From Nymphaea colorata (lineage: Eukaryota), in assembly GCF_008831285.2 (NCBI RefSeq), contig NC_045138.2, forward strand, positions 36,332,001-36,396,000: a stretch of DNA of 64,000 bases. The letters run 5' to 3'. The notes below the pieces were generated by a model. That model saw only the letters and a list, made by a program, of their open reading frames with translations. It ran no database searches and was not told the origin of the DNA. A program made the position numbers and the translations under genes. Position 1 is the stretch's first letter, and the number at the start of each line of letters is the position of its first letter. Shown piece by piece: positions 26,185-39,106 of the stretch.

Positions 26185-27271
26185 TGCCTTTCCTTTCTTC
26201 TTCTAGGGCTCTCCTCCAAATCTCTTTCTCTCTCTGTCTTCTGTGAGTTCTCTTTTCTGTAACCTCTTTTCGTTACAGAAGGTCAGCGTCACCGCCTCCT
26301 TAAAGGGGTCTTGCAGGGGAGCAGAAAGAGGCGAAAGCCGAGAGCAAAGGGTATGAGGTCTGCTCTCCGCTCGCCTCCCAGACAGAGAGCGGGGAGAGCG
26401 AGAGAGAGGAAGAGGAAGAGAGACACATGGACTGGATCGGGTCCAGTAACAAGCCGCCGAGACCCATATCGGATATACTGAAAATTCCCCCGGAAGAACT
26501 CAGAGTTTCCAACATCCCCCCTATATTCTGTATTGCGTTCAAGATCGGCTTGAATACTTAGGAAACTTTCCTTTTCCTTTGTTTTAATTAGCATCTTATT
26601 TTTAGCCGCTAATGCTCTGACATTTTCCAAGAAGATCAAAAGGGCTTCCAACCGATTGGAATATAATATTATATATATATATATATATATAGCATAACAT
26701 GTTAGGGGCGTCGGGCGTAAGCGGTTAGGCCACAAGCGGGGAGGGCGTCTTGTGCGGCGCGTCCCTGTGACCTTTGCCAAGGCACGTGTAAACTCACGAA
26801 TACACTACCAACACTGCATAATGACGTACGCGTGAACGCGTTTTTTGGTAAAAATTTCACAAAAAAGTTTCTTACTCTCAAAGTTGCTCCATTTGTTTAC
26901 GCATATGAGCTCTCATGCATTCTCCGAGTCGTCTAATTCATACACGTCGATTTTTCCTCACACAAGGAAACACATGAACAAGAACCAGGAGCAAGGAACA
27001 TAAACAAGAAACCTCAATTTCAGCTGATTCGTAACATTACATAAAACATGTATATGGAATGTAACCACCCGTACACTGTGTTTACATGCCCGGCTTCTGG
27101 TGAAACTGGAGGCCAGCTTGTCGACTTCATCATCTATTCACACCAACCTGGACAGAAACAACAATGGTGAGGTAGAAGTAGAACCCCTGTTCTGCGCTGA
27201 ATCTGTTGCTAAGTTGCAATTGGCTGCTTCATGACTTCTGCACAAGTGTTTTAATCCATTTGATAGACAAA

Positions 27272-30200
27272 TTATTCGGGAAAAGAGTCGGAATTAATCT
27301 TCTTGCCAGCCAATTCGGCTGGTAAATCTGACGAGGACTCCACCCTACGTCTCTTAGTTGAATCTGAAGAAGAGACCAAAAATTGTGGAGCAGAGTTGTT
27401 AGGTGGAGGTGATTCGAAAGACTCGCTTCCTTTATGCGACCCCCCAAGCTTCTGCTGCTCCTCAATGATTTTCTGCAGGTACTTTCCTTGTGCTTCAATT
27501 CTCAACTGCAATTGCCTCTGCACCTGCAACAGAAGCCAAATGATGAAACCATGGGCCTCGAGAAACAGAAAAAATAACGTAGAAGGCTGCGTTACATGAC
27601 ATGCAGCAAGGAACTTGAAAGGTCGATAAAAGCCATGGTCCCCCCACGTCAAACATTCTGTGTTTTAGAATTTTACCATGTTGCAAATGCAATTGTTCCC
27701 TCCAACTCCTAAACTCAAACCCTACTTGAAACGTTCCGGACCATACCAGGTTGCAGATGCAACTGCCAATTGGCAAAGGCTACAATGATAATGTACTGAG
27801 AGGTATTTATTATATCTCTATTCTGTCATAAGAGTAATCAACAATCAACTAATAATAAGAGTTCAGCTTAGTATCTCGGTTGCTGTCACGTCCGCACATC
27901 AAATATCAATGAACATAAAACAGATTGTGAACCATCAATCCAGACGCCTAGGAGGGCTGTCCCCAGGGAAAACAGACTCACCGATAATAAATCATAACTT
28001 TTTTAGTTTAAATAGGTACTTTGTAATTTAATTCTTCTGTCGTGAAGTTCTTTCGTTTCCTCGTGGCTGATAATTATTTAGAAATTCCTATGTCACTCTT
28101 CTACATATTTTACGCTTTTGGTTTTACTACTTTATGAAACTTATTTTTTTATTTATTTTATGAGCTGATAAAGGCCATATTAAGTATCAAAGCTATTAAA
28201 TTTTGTGTTGTAAGCATATGTTAGCTCATATTGTTACTCTACAATACGTTCATCCTTTTTTAGCCTGTTCCTGCTTTCCATTTTCAGGTGTGCCCTCGAG
28301 GTGGTAGGAAGGCCCCCTTCCCATTTCCTTCTCAAACAGGTAATGCTTCATAATGTCCTTTTAATATATCACAGACTTATGAAGCTCTCTCTCTTTCTCT
28401 CTCTCACCATGAAATAAATTAAAACTGAACATAATTACTCCACAACAGATTCACCGCAAGAAAAGCAAAGGCAGTAACCACAACTGCAACTTAACGCAGA
28501 TCACTCAAAATCAAACCAACTGGTTGGCCTGAGGAATACCCAAACAGTTGAAATATGAAATTTGTCTGAAAGCGATCGAATTACTGAAGAATTTTAGAGG
28601 ATTTGGCTACATAATGGGTCACAGTTTCTTGGGCTTACTTTTCAGAAAGAGGTGTCCAGTAAGTGTTCTTTTTTTCTTTTTTCTTTTTTTTTCTACGTGC
28701 ATTAACCAGATAAATATTCCTTCAATTGCAGACAAGGACAAAGGTGGCAAGAAGGCAAGTATTAGGACAAAAAGACTTTGGACTCGACATGGTAGATTTC
28801 ATAGGATTATTGATGATCGACGCCAAGCAAATAGATATAATACGGTTTCACAGTGCCTTTCACCTTCTGCTTCATAGCTTCTCTTGAGGACAGTCTCAGG
28901 CGGTCATGCCCTTTTGCTAAGAGTGATGACTGATGAGGATCTCCACCCCACCGGTCTTGGTCCATGTTTGCTGGTGAAACACAAGGAACACTGATAGTCC
29001 ATACAAGCACTTTTAAGCCAAAGAGGATCCACAACTCAACTCCTCTAGTTTGTCCATTGCAGTACATTTATTGCTTGGCATGTTGTCGAAGAAGACGTGT
29101 CATCTAAAGAAGAAGCATCTAGAAGGGAACTGACTCTACCCCTTCGCCAATTGCAAAATAGTTTCCAGAAGCTTCTGGTGCCTGCTACAACAAGCTTGGC
29201 AGCTAACTTTGCTGGAATTCAAGTTTTCAGCTAAGTCTAGCAGCAAAAACATGCGGTTCCACATGTTTTTAGGTTCCCACAAAAAAACAATTTCCTTTTC
29301 CACAGGGAATAACATACCTCAAGTTGTTCTTGCAGTCTCTTTTGCACCTCCATCTGGATTCTGAATGCCTCATTGATCTGTGAACTTCAGCAACAGCAAA
29401 GCATAATTGCAGAGATTCAGATGCCTCACTAGAAGAGAATAAAGATTTTCCACAATACTGCCAAGAAAGGAGGGGTAGAAATCTGAATTCACTTACGGTA
29501 AATTTTCCATATTAGACATGGAACCAGCAGAACCTTCCTTTTCATCCTTTGACCCTGAAACTTGTGCATGCATCTAACTTTAAGGTCTAAGCAAAAGAAT
29601 TAGAAGCCATTCAAGACATAAAGTTTACCAGAATAAAATCAAAGACCAAGATAAGCACATGTAGGAGTCAATGAAGACAAAATAATCAATTGAAGATAAT
29701 TACCATCTGCTGAAGATTCTGGGAGAAACTTTGCAAGTCGATACTTCTATGCAATCAACGAAAAGAGAAGAAAAACCAAAACTATCAGATATACCAACTT
29801 AAACTATCATGTACAGATTAGCCAATCCCAATACCAAAGAAACAAAGAATTACCTGCAGATGACTTTTGACATGATAGATGGTAAGCCCAGGCACACCCA
29901 TCATTGTCAAGACACCTTTTGGTGTTGCTCCTGAAATCATCATTAAGAAATATACAAAAAATAACAGTGAGGGAACCATGGAAAGCTTACATCTAGAATT
30001 ATCACGTCCAGAGTCGGAAGCTGCAGCCACAAGCTACCCATGGATGTAAAGATTGTTTTTGACATTTACTGATCAATTGGGCAAAAAATTTAAGATGAAA
30101 AGAACATTGCAGTTTCTTAGGACATTTTTGACCAACAAAATGAAAAGCGTAAACCACTTAAAAACATCTAAAATACGAGGCACGGCTAGCAAAGAAAATA

Positions 30201-30431
30201 AAACTAGCACAGAAAATACCCACTGTCTGGTCCACCAAGTTGTGTAATGGCATTAACAAAACGTTCATGAAGATCTGAAGTCCATCTTAATCTCTGCTTG
30301 GCACCTTCTTCTTGGGTGGCTGAATTATTTACTGTAGGTTCTCCAAGAATTCCGATACTGGCAAGTGGCTCTGCTCCTTGAGGCTTATGGGGCACCAAAC
30401 CCATGATTGGAAACCTCCTTGTGTGGTGCAT
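27272..30431 (-). CDS. MYB-CC (GARP-type, PHR1-like/PHL7-like) transcription factor, ~234 aa
   Basis: Exons 30431-30224, 29930-29854, 29746-29704, 29554-29497, 29384-29318, 27523-27272 total 705 nt. KQRLRWTSDLHERF...YHVKSHLQKYRLAK and [37 protein letters not shown]. A 5'UTR exon is likely near 31900-32170. Confidence 0.9.
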
Positions 30432-33400
30432 TCGCTGAGTGTACTGCAAGATAAGGAACAAAGTCTTATTCAAAAAAATAATAATAATAAAAGGAAATAA
30501 AGAAATATCTTCTTAAACTCCCATCAGATTTCAGAAGACCCAAATCATGAGAAACACAACTGCCCCTTTCTAATATACAAGAACAAATACTTCGTGCAAC
30601 AAAAATCTCTTGTTCCTCATTTTTAACCTATGAAAGCTTCATATGAGCACAGCCGCATAAACAATGGGTAACAAGAAAAAATAAAAATAATGTTGTAAAT
30701 GGCAGATAACCTTCAATAAAAAAAAAAAAACATAGAACACTTAGAAGTTCTACTGCATATCAGGAATAAGATTAAGTTTTCCTTTGTATAACTTTTGAAC
30801 TTCAGAAACAGTTTTCTTCTTCTAGTAAGTTCTTTATATTTTAAAAATATATTCTAAAAAATCCATTTTTTTTTGTTTGATATTTGTTTTCTCTAACTGT
30901 CAAAAATCCACTGAAACTAACCAAGATGTCTCTGAGGTCCCAAGGCTTTCCCTTGCCAAGATAGCAAATACTTTCTCGGTTTATCCTATCTATAGGACTT
31001 GACTTACTGACTCATCGTTCTCTAACCCTTATCTTTTGGACCTAATATGTGCCCTTAGTCAAGTAGGTCTGATACTTTTCATTTGCAATATCGGCTCCAA
31101 ATATCCCACCTTACATTTACCATTGATTTGCTTGCACAATGAACTAAGCAAAATTGTGGATGTTTTTTGTTTTTAGCTAACATTTCTGAACAACTTAATG
31201 CACTTGTTTGGTTTTATTCTTTATGATTCCATAGAGCTACCTCAACATACACGCTTAAAACATGTACACACTAGGTATGTCCACTCCTCCTTTGCCCTGG
31301 AATGAGCGTAACATACAAGAGTTCTCCGGCTGTTTCATTAAAAAAAAATGCTTGTTACTCATCGTGACATCATTCATGGAGTTAAAAAAAACACTAGCTT
31401 ACCATAACATCATTTATACAATAGCGAGCCTATAACAGAAAGTACGCGCCAAAACTTCTCGCACTGTTGAACTGCAGAGTCTGACATCTTAGCTATAAAT
31501 ATTTTCTTATATAGTTTCTCTCTGGCTACGAAACGTTAAAACATTTTTCTCGTAATCCTTAATTTTCCAGACTTCAAGTCCATATGTAAAGTACAGAGGC
31601 CTCAGGCCTCGCCTTCAGAATCAAAGTCTACGGCCATAGCCCATATGAGAGTTACCTTTCTCAGCTGTTACACATAAAGCCCCATACACTAGCTCACGCA
31701 TGCCCTAGCCGTTACCTAATAGGTGACGACTACCAAAGAAAAGAGAATCAAAGCCGCCAATTGTCCAGAACCAATAAAACCGACTAGTTATGACCTCGTT
31801 TACTCATAAACCTACTTAATGCGAATTCACAAAATCGAACAAGCGAAAAATCACAATTCGGGATCTCACATCAGAGAAACGCAACGCAGATCAAGAATTA
31901 CCCCAAAAAGCGCTCAGCTCTAGACACCGGCCACCTGCGTATCTGGCGAAACACAGCGACTTTCGGCATCAATCCCTCCTTCAGCTCCTTCCAGGATAAG
32001 CAACCCACTCAGACTAAACATCGTTCCTCCAACATCAAAACCCTAACCCAAGCCTAAGAATTGTATGGGAGAAGGCATTCACGCGCCGAAGACGGTGGAA
32101 GGAGGGGGCGCCCAGGAGGAAGACTGAAGGAAACAGAGTCGCTAGAAAGGAAAGGAAGAAATCAAAGGAGCAAAGATCGTTGACCTGCAAGAACTCGTAC
32201 TCTAACTTTAAAGGAATCTCCGACTCTCCGCTTCGTTGTCGTTACTCCGCCATCGGGATTCGGGCCTTCTGGTCTGCTGCTCCTACAGTGCGCTTGGTCG
32301 CGTGTGGAAGACGAGCAAATACTTATATATCTGTTTCTCTGCCACATAATTACAAAATACCCCTCGTCGGTCCATGGATCGGATTCAGGGAGGGATGCGT
32401 TTCTAGTCGTGAGCCGCTCCGGGTCCGAACTGAAGGAAGTAAGCGAGTGATTCAAATTAGATAAGGTCTGCTCGCATAAAAAACTCCCAGATCCGGATTT
32501 TAATCTGAGAAAAAAAATCGTAGTTCTAACTTAGAACCACGAATTTAAAATCTTTCACTTGTACCAAATTCGCGAACGTTAGGTGAAAGACTAATATGAA
32601 CTTCAAAATCTACAAATTACAAATTTTATTGTGTTTCCCGCACATTAAAATTTCATATCTTTATTAGAAATCTAGGATGTGAGACTTTGAGACTAAAATC
32701 TTAAATCCTGATAAATATAGACTCTTCCTCAAAAAGGTTGCGGCACCCAAGTCATTTTCGGCTCCTCTGCACCCATGTTCTTTTATAAAATGCGCTACTT
32801 GCATCTGCATCCCGTACCTGTGCGACATAGCTTAAATTAAATCTTAATTTCTCGGTCATCAAAAGTGTATGTTTGGTAGTTTTGGGTTTCAGATTCGAAG
32901 CTGACATGAAGGCCACGCTCGGTGAGACTACTGTTTGAATTTTGGGCACTGTAGACTGACTGGCAAGAAATCCACACTCTTTATGACTCGCTGAAGAGAC
33001 AAACAGTGAATTAGGTATATTGGACTGATACAAAAACAAACAGTGAATTTTGGGCATACATTGGTTCAAAGAAGATAATTGAAACTTTGCTATTATTTAC
33101 TGAAATAGATATCAAACCATCTTGTTGGGAAAGGAAAAAATGAGCGGAAACAATGAGACCTAGCGACGTTTCAAGTTCCAAGTCGGTGGTCTTGCTTTTG
33201 CAGCACAAAAAATAAGATACGAGACCCGCTTTCAGCAAAGGCCAAGCAGTTCAATAAATTTTAATTGGCAAGCAAGGTCAAATATTTGGCAAACTTTACG
33301 GGAATATTTGAATTTGCATTTATTGACCATCTTCAAGTTGAATGTTTAAATAAGACAAGATCGTAATCTTCTCAAGTCAAACTTATGGTATGAGATTCGA

Positions 33401-34287
33401 AGATATCCAACCATAGAAAAGGCACAAGGAGAGCATGTTATAAAAAAAATTTGTTCCCTGACTACTTGAAAGCTTAACTTCTCTTTTATATATATATATA
33501 TATATATATATTCTCTCTGGCATATTCTTATCTCTGCACTCCAAAACAGAAGCCCATCTTGATATGATATAAAATAAGGTGGCCCTCACCCCCCATCGAG
33601 AATTAATATTGGTCCCTCTTTGGTTCGCTAAGATCGCGTTATTTGAGATTCCTCATCATAAGCATATATAAGGCTGACCACCCACTATCTAATATATATA
33701 ATCAAAAGCTTAGCATTTGATTTTCAAGTGCCTCCTGGAAAAGTTGAGTCCTAATCTTGACTTCTCTCTCTCTCTCTCTTGAAGATTGGATATGAACGAA
33801 AAATCGATTGATTATTGAATTAAAGAAAAAAAAAAACAGAGGAGGCATTTTAGTCACCTAGAATTAATCTACATTTTTTATCCGTTTTCTTTCCAAGGTC
33901 AATGTAGACAAAACCAAGGGCCAGATCATTAACCGTAAGGGTTTGGATCTTCCACATTTATATAAATATAAATATGCACAGAGGGCGTTTGATGGAAGGC
34001 ACATTTACATGTGTCACAAACTTTAGGAAGAACCTAATCAAGTTTTTTACAAATTTTAAGTGAATAGGAAGGTTTTCTTTTTTTTTTTCAATACAACGTA
34101 TTCCGCAAAGTTCGGGAAATCCAAGAGGTCTTAATTTGCTCCCTGGCTTCCATTTGGCTAAATACGCTATTCGGGACTTATCCCAAGGATTCCGAACCAT
34201 GCAACTCTTTTATTTCTCTTCATGTTAAATGTTGAATATCAAGGACAGCAGAAAATTGTGTCCTAATAATGTGCTATTAGGATCTAA

Positions 34288-34376
<89 letters not shown>
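34288..34376. repeat. Compound (TC)n(TA)n microsatellite
   Basis: Direct read; other long (TA)n tracts at ~18990-19021, 46965-46997, 60063-60111 and 60707-60741. Confidence 0.95.
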
Positions 34377-34379
<3 letters not shown>

Positions 34380-35769
34380 CTTTAAGAGTGATTTGATGAG
34401 AAACATATATTAAGCTAATACTTAAATAATTTTTTTTTAAAAGTAAACAAGTGAACCGCTCTTATAACATCAAATTTTGGTAGTATAAGGCATGGTTTTT
34501 ATTCTTTACTTAAGTGGTCTGATACCCACAATATACTATACATATATATATATATAAAATGTATGAGACTCTTTTTCCAAACGGGTGGGTAGAAGTTTAT
34601 GACTTTAGGTGCGCAAGATCCGGTGCAGGACCATTATGGGGCCTGCGTTTCCATCTCTCCCCCACAGCCATGACAGAGCTCACAGTCGGTGACGTCATTA
34701 TATTGGTTATTATATAATTTAGATAACGTCATTCTGGAAAAGGGCGATTTTTTGTGGCCATACTAGCACTTTGCCTGCTTATCTTATCAGATATATATAT
34801 CTACGGAGATGTCTAATATATATATAATATCTCTTGGAAATGGAGTTTTCTTTTTTCTTATAAGAAAATTATCATTTTTCTCTTAATACGTCCGACTTGG
34901 AGCAAATTAGTACTCTTTTCTTTCTGTCTCAAAAATAGGTAAAATAATAATAATAATAATAATAAAAGACAGTTGCCCACACACCAGTGCTCCGTCATTG
35001 CCACCAATCCAGACTTATCCTCCAACCGAACCCAAAAAAAAAAAAACGAAGAAAAGATTCATCAGATCAGCAAGCTGTTTCAGATAATTGGTTGGAATAA
35101 TGGAATACATATATATATTATAATAACATCTTGTGACATTGTTGCTGTCGATATATTGGTAGCTCACAGCCAAATAAATAGTTTTCATTGCAGAAAGGTG
35201 ACCTTGTCCTCTCTTGCTCTCTTAATATTCTTCTTCCGTAGCAACGTAAAAGTATATCCCGATTCAACCATTTAAAGATTGATGCAAAGTTAATTTGGCG
35301 TGTTCCTTGTTGGAGGGCAACTTATCCCTCCTTTTGATGTCGAACCATTCGGTTCTAATCGGTCCTGAATTATTTGCCACGGACCACACGATAACGTCGA
35401 GGCTTTTGGGACCTGTGTTACACAACCGCACATAACATGATAAATGCAAGTCCTTAAGTTCTTCTCTGTCCTCACACACTTTCCCTTATCGTTGCTGTAT
35501 CACTGTCCTTTCCCGGTGCCTGCAGCCCGGCACTCCTGCTACAAACCAACCTCCATTTTTGCTCTTATTTCATTGTCAACTGGCTACATACCTATCGCGA
35601 TCTCCCCCGGATATCTCCCTCTCTCTGTCAATCTGTATATATATATATATATAATACATATATTTATATATACAGAGATATATACATACATATATAGCAG
35701 TCTGAAGCACTAATATTTACTTGCTTCCAAGGGAAATGCAAAGATTAAACAGGCGATCCCCACAAACAA

Positions 35770-36213
35770 TCATGGAGAACATGTTTCAGAACCGAGACCA
35801 TACAAATCACTGGAACTCTCAAGGCCAGGGGAAGCGGCGTCCAGCATCCGCTGCAAGATCCACTCGTTGAACGACTCGAACGAGAAGTCGGAGTACTCCA
35901 TGAAAAAGTGGTCGTGATCGGGGCTAGTCTGCATCTCGGGAGTTGCAAGGTGATCGGGCGGTACAGTGGCCGGATCCTGAGCTTCGACATGAGCCTTGGG
36001 GGAGTCGTCGAGGTACGGCAAGTCCAAGGGCTCCGGCCTGAGCGGCATGGAGGCCTCATTCCGGCCGGTGAGCGACTGCACCAGCGCCCTGAAATCGGAG
36101 GCGCTTGCCTGAAACATCTTGGGGTCGCCTATGTAGACGACCTTGACGGGATCCCTGCGCTTGGGGCTCACCCTTTTCATGGTGGTCTTGTCCTGGACTC
36201 CCGCCCGACCCAT
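35770..36213 (-). CDS. VQ-motif-containing protein (SIB1/2-like), 147 aa, intronless
   Basis: VKVVYIGDPKMFQASASDFRALVQSLTG contains the FxxxVQxLTG motif. Confidence 0.92.
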   Translation of the reverse strand: MGRAGVQDKTTMKRVSPKRRDPVKVVYIGDPKMFQASASDFRALVQSLTGRNEASMPLRPEPLDLPYLDDSPKAHVEAQDPATVPPDHLATPEMQTSPDHDHFFMEYSDFSFESFNEWILQRMLDAASPGLESSSDLYGLGSETCSP

Positions 36214-36310
36214 CTCCTCGATCCTGTAACTGGTATTGACTTCCTTGGATTGAGGCGCAACTGTGAGGGAGATTCAATATTGCCTGGATGAGGATCTTGC
36301 TGCCCTTCCC

Positions 36311-36413
36311 TTTATAATATGAAGCGGGAGGGCAGGGGCTTCATTATTTGAGTGGGATAGGGGATCAAAGTTAATGGTGTGGGCCCCCATTCGTTCAGAG
36401 GACGACACGTGGC
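36311..36413 (-). promoter_or_regulatory. Putative core promoter of the VQ gene: TATA box, TCP-type site and G-box/ABRE
   Basis: TATAAA on the minus strand at ~36311-36316, GTGGGCCC at 36379-36386, CACGTGGC at 36406-36413, about 100-200 bp upstream of the ATG. Confidence 0.45.
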
Positions 36414-38397
36414 TCGTACCCATGGATGACATATCTAGGATGATGTAAGAGTTGTGACATACCGTATGGACTGGGGGAACGGTAGGAGGGATATTTTGGT
36501 GTTCGCTTTGTCATGGATGGATAAAAATGAATGGATTAAGGTTAAAAAAAAAAAAAAAAAAACCCGGCCAAGTTCCGCCGTTCTGTCATCGTTATCGCCG
36601 TCGCTGTCGCCGGAATCTTTTTTTGAAACATGGGAAGATTGGTTTCTAGAAATGCTAGCGTTGAAAATTTTGACAACGGTTCGACCAACGTGAACTTAAC
36701 TTTAATTTTATACCAAAAGACATTTGTTGATATTTTAAAGATGTATGTCACTATTCACTTAGCTGCGTGTAACCTACGGGTATGACATCGACCAAGATAT
36801 ATATATATATATATATATATAAAGTCAAGCATGTGGCCCTAGCTAACTCACGTTGCTTATAGAAAATAAGAAATATGATAACTGCTCAACTTTTGAGGTA
36901 CTAAATGACTTACCAATATCAGAGAAACTATAAATAACTGCTTGATTTTATAAAAGTTTCACAAGTACACGCTTTATGAATAGAAATTAATACATTCAAA
37001 TAGATTTGAGGTCTAAAAAGAGTTTTCCATTCATAATTCTTTGTTAGTCTCTTCATTGCGCGGAAAAAAGGCAAGAAAGAGTGCGAAAGAGAGATGTGAA
37101 ATTGTGGAAATTTTGTTCGTAATAATTATTTGAAAAAATTCTTTTACTTTAAGGGTAAAAGTGGAAAAACATACTAGGAGGGCGAGTGGGAAACATGGTT
37201 TTTATTTTTTTTATTTTTTGAACAACTTATTGTAAGTAAAAATTATTTTTTCTAAGTATATTTTTAATATTTTTCATTCATAAAAGCTGTTACTTGTACT
37301 TTTCAGACTTTTAAGTTGTAAATACATCAAATGACACAAGTAGTAGTGTACAAAGGTATATGCACCCATAAGGACGTGTAAAAGCTCGTTCCCCCTACCA
37401 ACACGCAACAGAGGAAGTGTCACCCAGAAGGGATGCCATCACACCTCCCCTATACAGGGAGAAATTTTCACCCATTAGTCAACACATAGTCTGCTTTCAT
37501 CATTTATACATTTATCATATATTTAATTGTATTCTTTTTAGTTGTGTAGTATAGCTGGTTGAATTGATGGACCAATAAAAGTCTATTATAAGCACTGCTC
37601 ATGGAAGATGGAAGTGGTCGATAATGACATACTCTAATTGATAAGTGTATTGCTTTTTACCTCAACTTTAAAGGACTCTCTACTCGAGAAAATGCACATG
37701 GGAGAAGAAAAAACTTAAAATCATTGAAATTCATGGAAGAAAAAGAAGAACTTAAATTCATTCAAATTAAAAATTCCGATAACTACAACTTTGTTTGGAG
37801 GCTTCCCATAAAATCCAAGTGGGAAGGTAATAAATAATTTGTCAAGTCTTCGAAAGCGATCACTCAATGACGTGATTGGGTGGTGAAGCTCATCGAAGGC
37901 AATTTTTTTGAATTGAGAAAATTTTGGGTGCCTTTTAGTTCATTAGGTTAATAATTTAGAGGCACTCATTAAACCAGATAATTGAAATTAATTAACCTAA
38001 TATTCTTTTTAATTTCATAGGTAATGTGTTCTTTTTTCTTTTTTCCTTTTTGAAGAGCAACCTAGGGCCAAGCTAGCAATATTCTTTTTTTTTTCAAGAA
38101 CAAGTGCTTCACTTACAAGTTTCTATAAATTCGACGCATGATCAAATTCTCAACCTCATAAGGTGGAGTTGACCATGTGGCTTGAGCTATCACGATATTA
38201 CTTCCACAAGTTTGGTGGTTGAGACTCACCTTCATCATAAACGCTAAAAAAAAAAAGAACCTTTCCGTACTCCTCATTTAATACGTTCATGAATGGATTC
38301 AATGATCTAGAATATAGCATAGAATATTCACCAATTTTGACGCAAAAACAAGTTTTTCGTTTTTTTTTTTTACCTCAACTTAGGTTGTGTTTGTTTC

Positions 38398-38646
38398 TGT
38401 TAAGGAAGGTTTTGGATAATGATTGACGAGCCTATAATTGTGGATCTAATTGGCTCCGTCAATCCCCTATAATTGTGGATCTGATAGATTTCATATCTTG
38501 CCATATTGTGTTGTAACCTCCCATCATATATACTTTATATATTTGCTGTATTCCAATCAATACATAACATAGAAGAGCTTATAGTATTTGCTTCTGCTCG
38601 TGTCCTCTCTTTCTCTTTCTCTCACGATATTCTCAAGGTCTTCTCA
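38398..38646 (+). repeat. 5' LTR (249 bp)
   Basis: Six substitutions versus the 3' LTR by manual comparison; internal direct repeat cctataattgtggatct x2. Confidence 0.95.
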
Positions 38647-39106
38647 TGGTATCAGAGCCGGTCTCTGTTATCGTCTGTCAACCCAGCAAGTTGCACTTGA
38701 TGTGTTTCTATTTGCCGTCTCCTCTTTTCCAGTCTAAATATCTTGGTGTCTTTGTTTTTCACACACAAGTCACCCAGTGTGACTTGGTGGTGAAGAACTA
38801 AGTTTTTCCCTCTTCTTCAGTGAAAGAGGCAAACCGACCCACCACCAGTCTTCCGTTTTCAAAAATCAGGCGCTATCTTCACAGACGTTCAATCGATCTG
38901 AGGTAGCACAGGAAGCCTCGTCTGGAAGTTACGCTTCCATCGGACCGGTGCTCAACCGGAACGGACGACGGCGTCGACCGGAATCAACGTTTTTCCGGCC
39001 GCCTCTGTTCTGACGGAATCCTATATTCTAGAGTTTAAACAGAGTTCCGCCTCAACTTCAGGTCATCGGCGTTATCAGCTCCAGCGACGGTTGGGGTCGA
39101 GCAAGG

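Noticed and set aside
25750..26206. Plus-strand ORFs of 121-129 aa antisense to the At5g64816-like gene
   Set aside because: Shadows of a GC-rich coding sequence with no recognisable motifs.
28800..28975. Possible C/D snoRNA or cryptic exon in the long MYB-CC intron
   Set aside because: The TGATGA/CTGA boxes are antisense to the host gene and lack a terminal stem or recognisable guide; splice-like sites alone are not enough.
38506..38700. Near-identical small ORFs here and at 43167-43370
   Set aside because: Both come from the LTR copies and have non-ATG starts.
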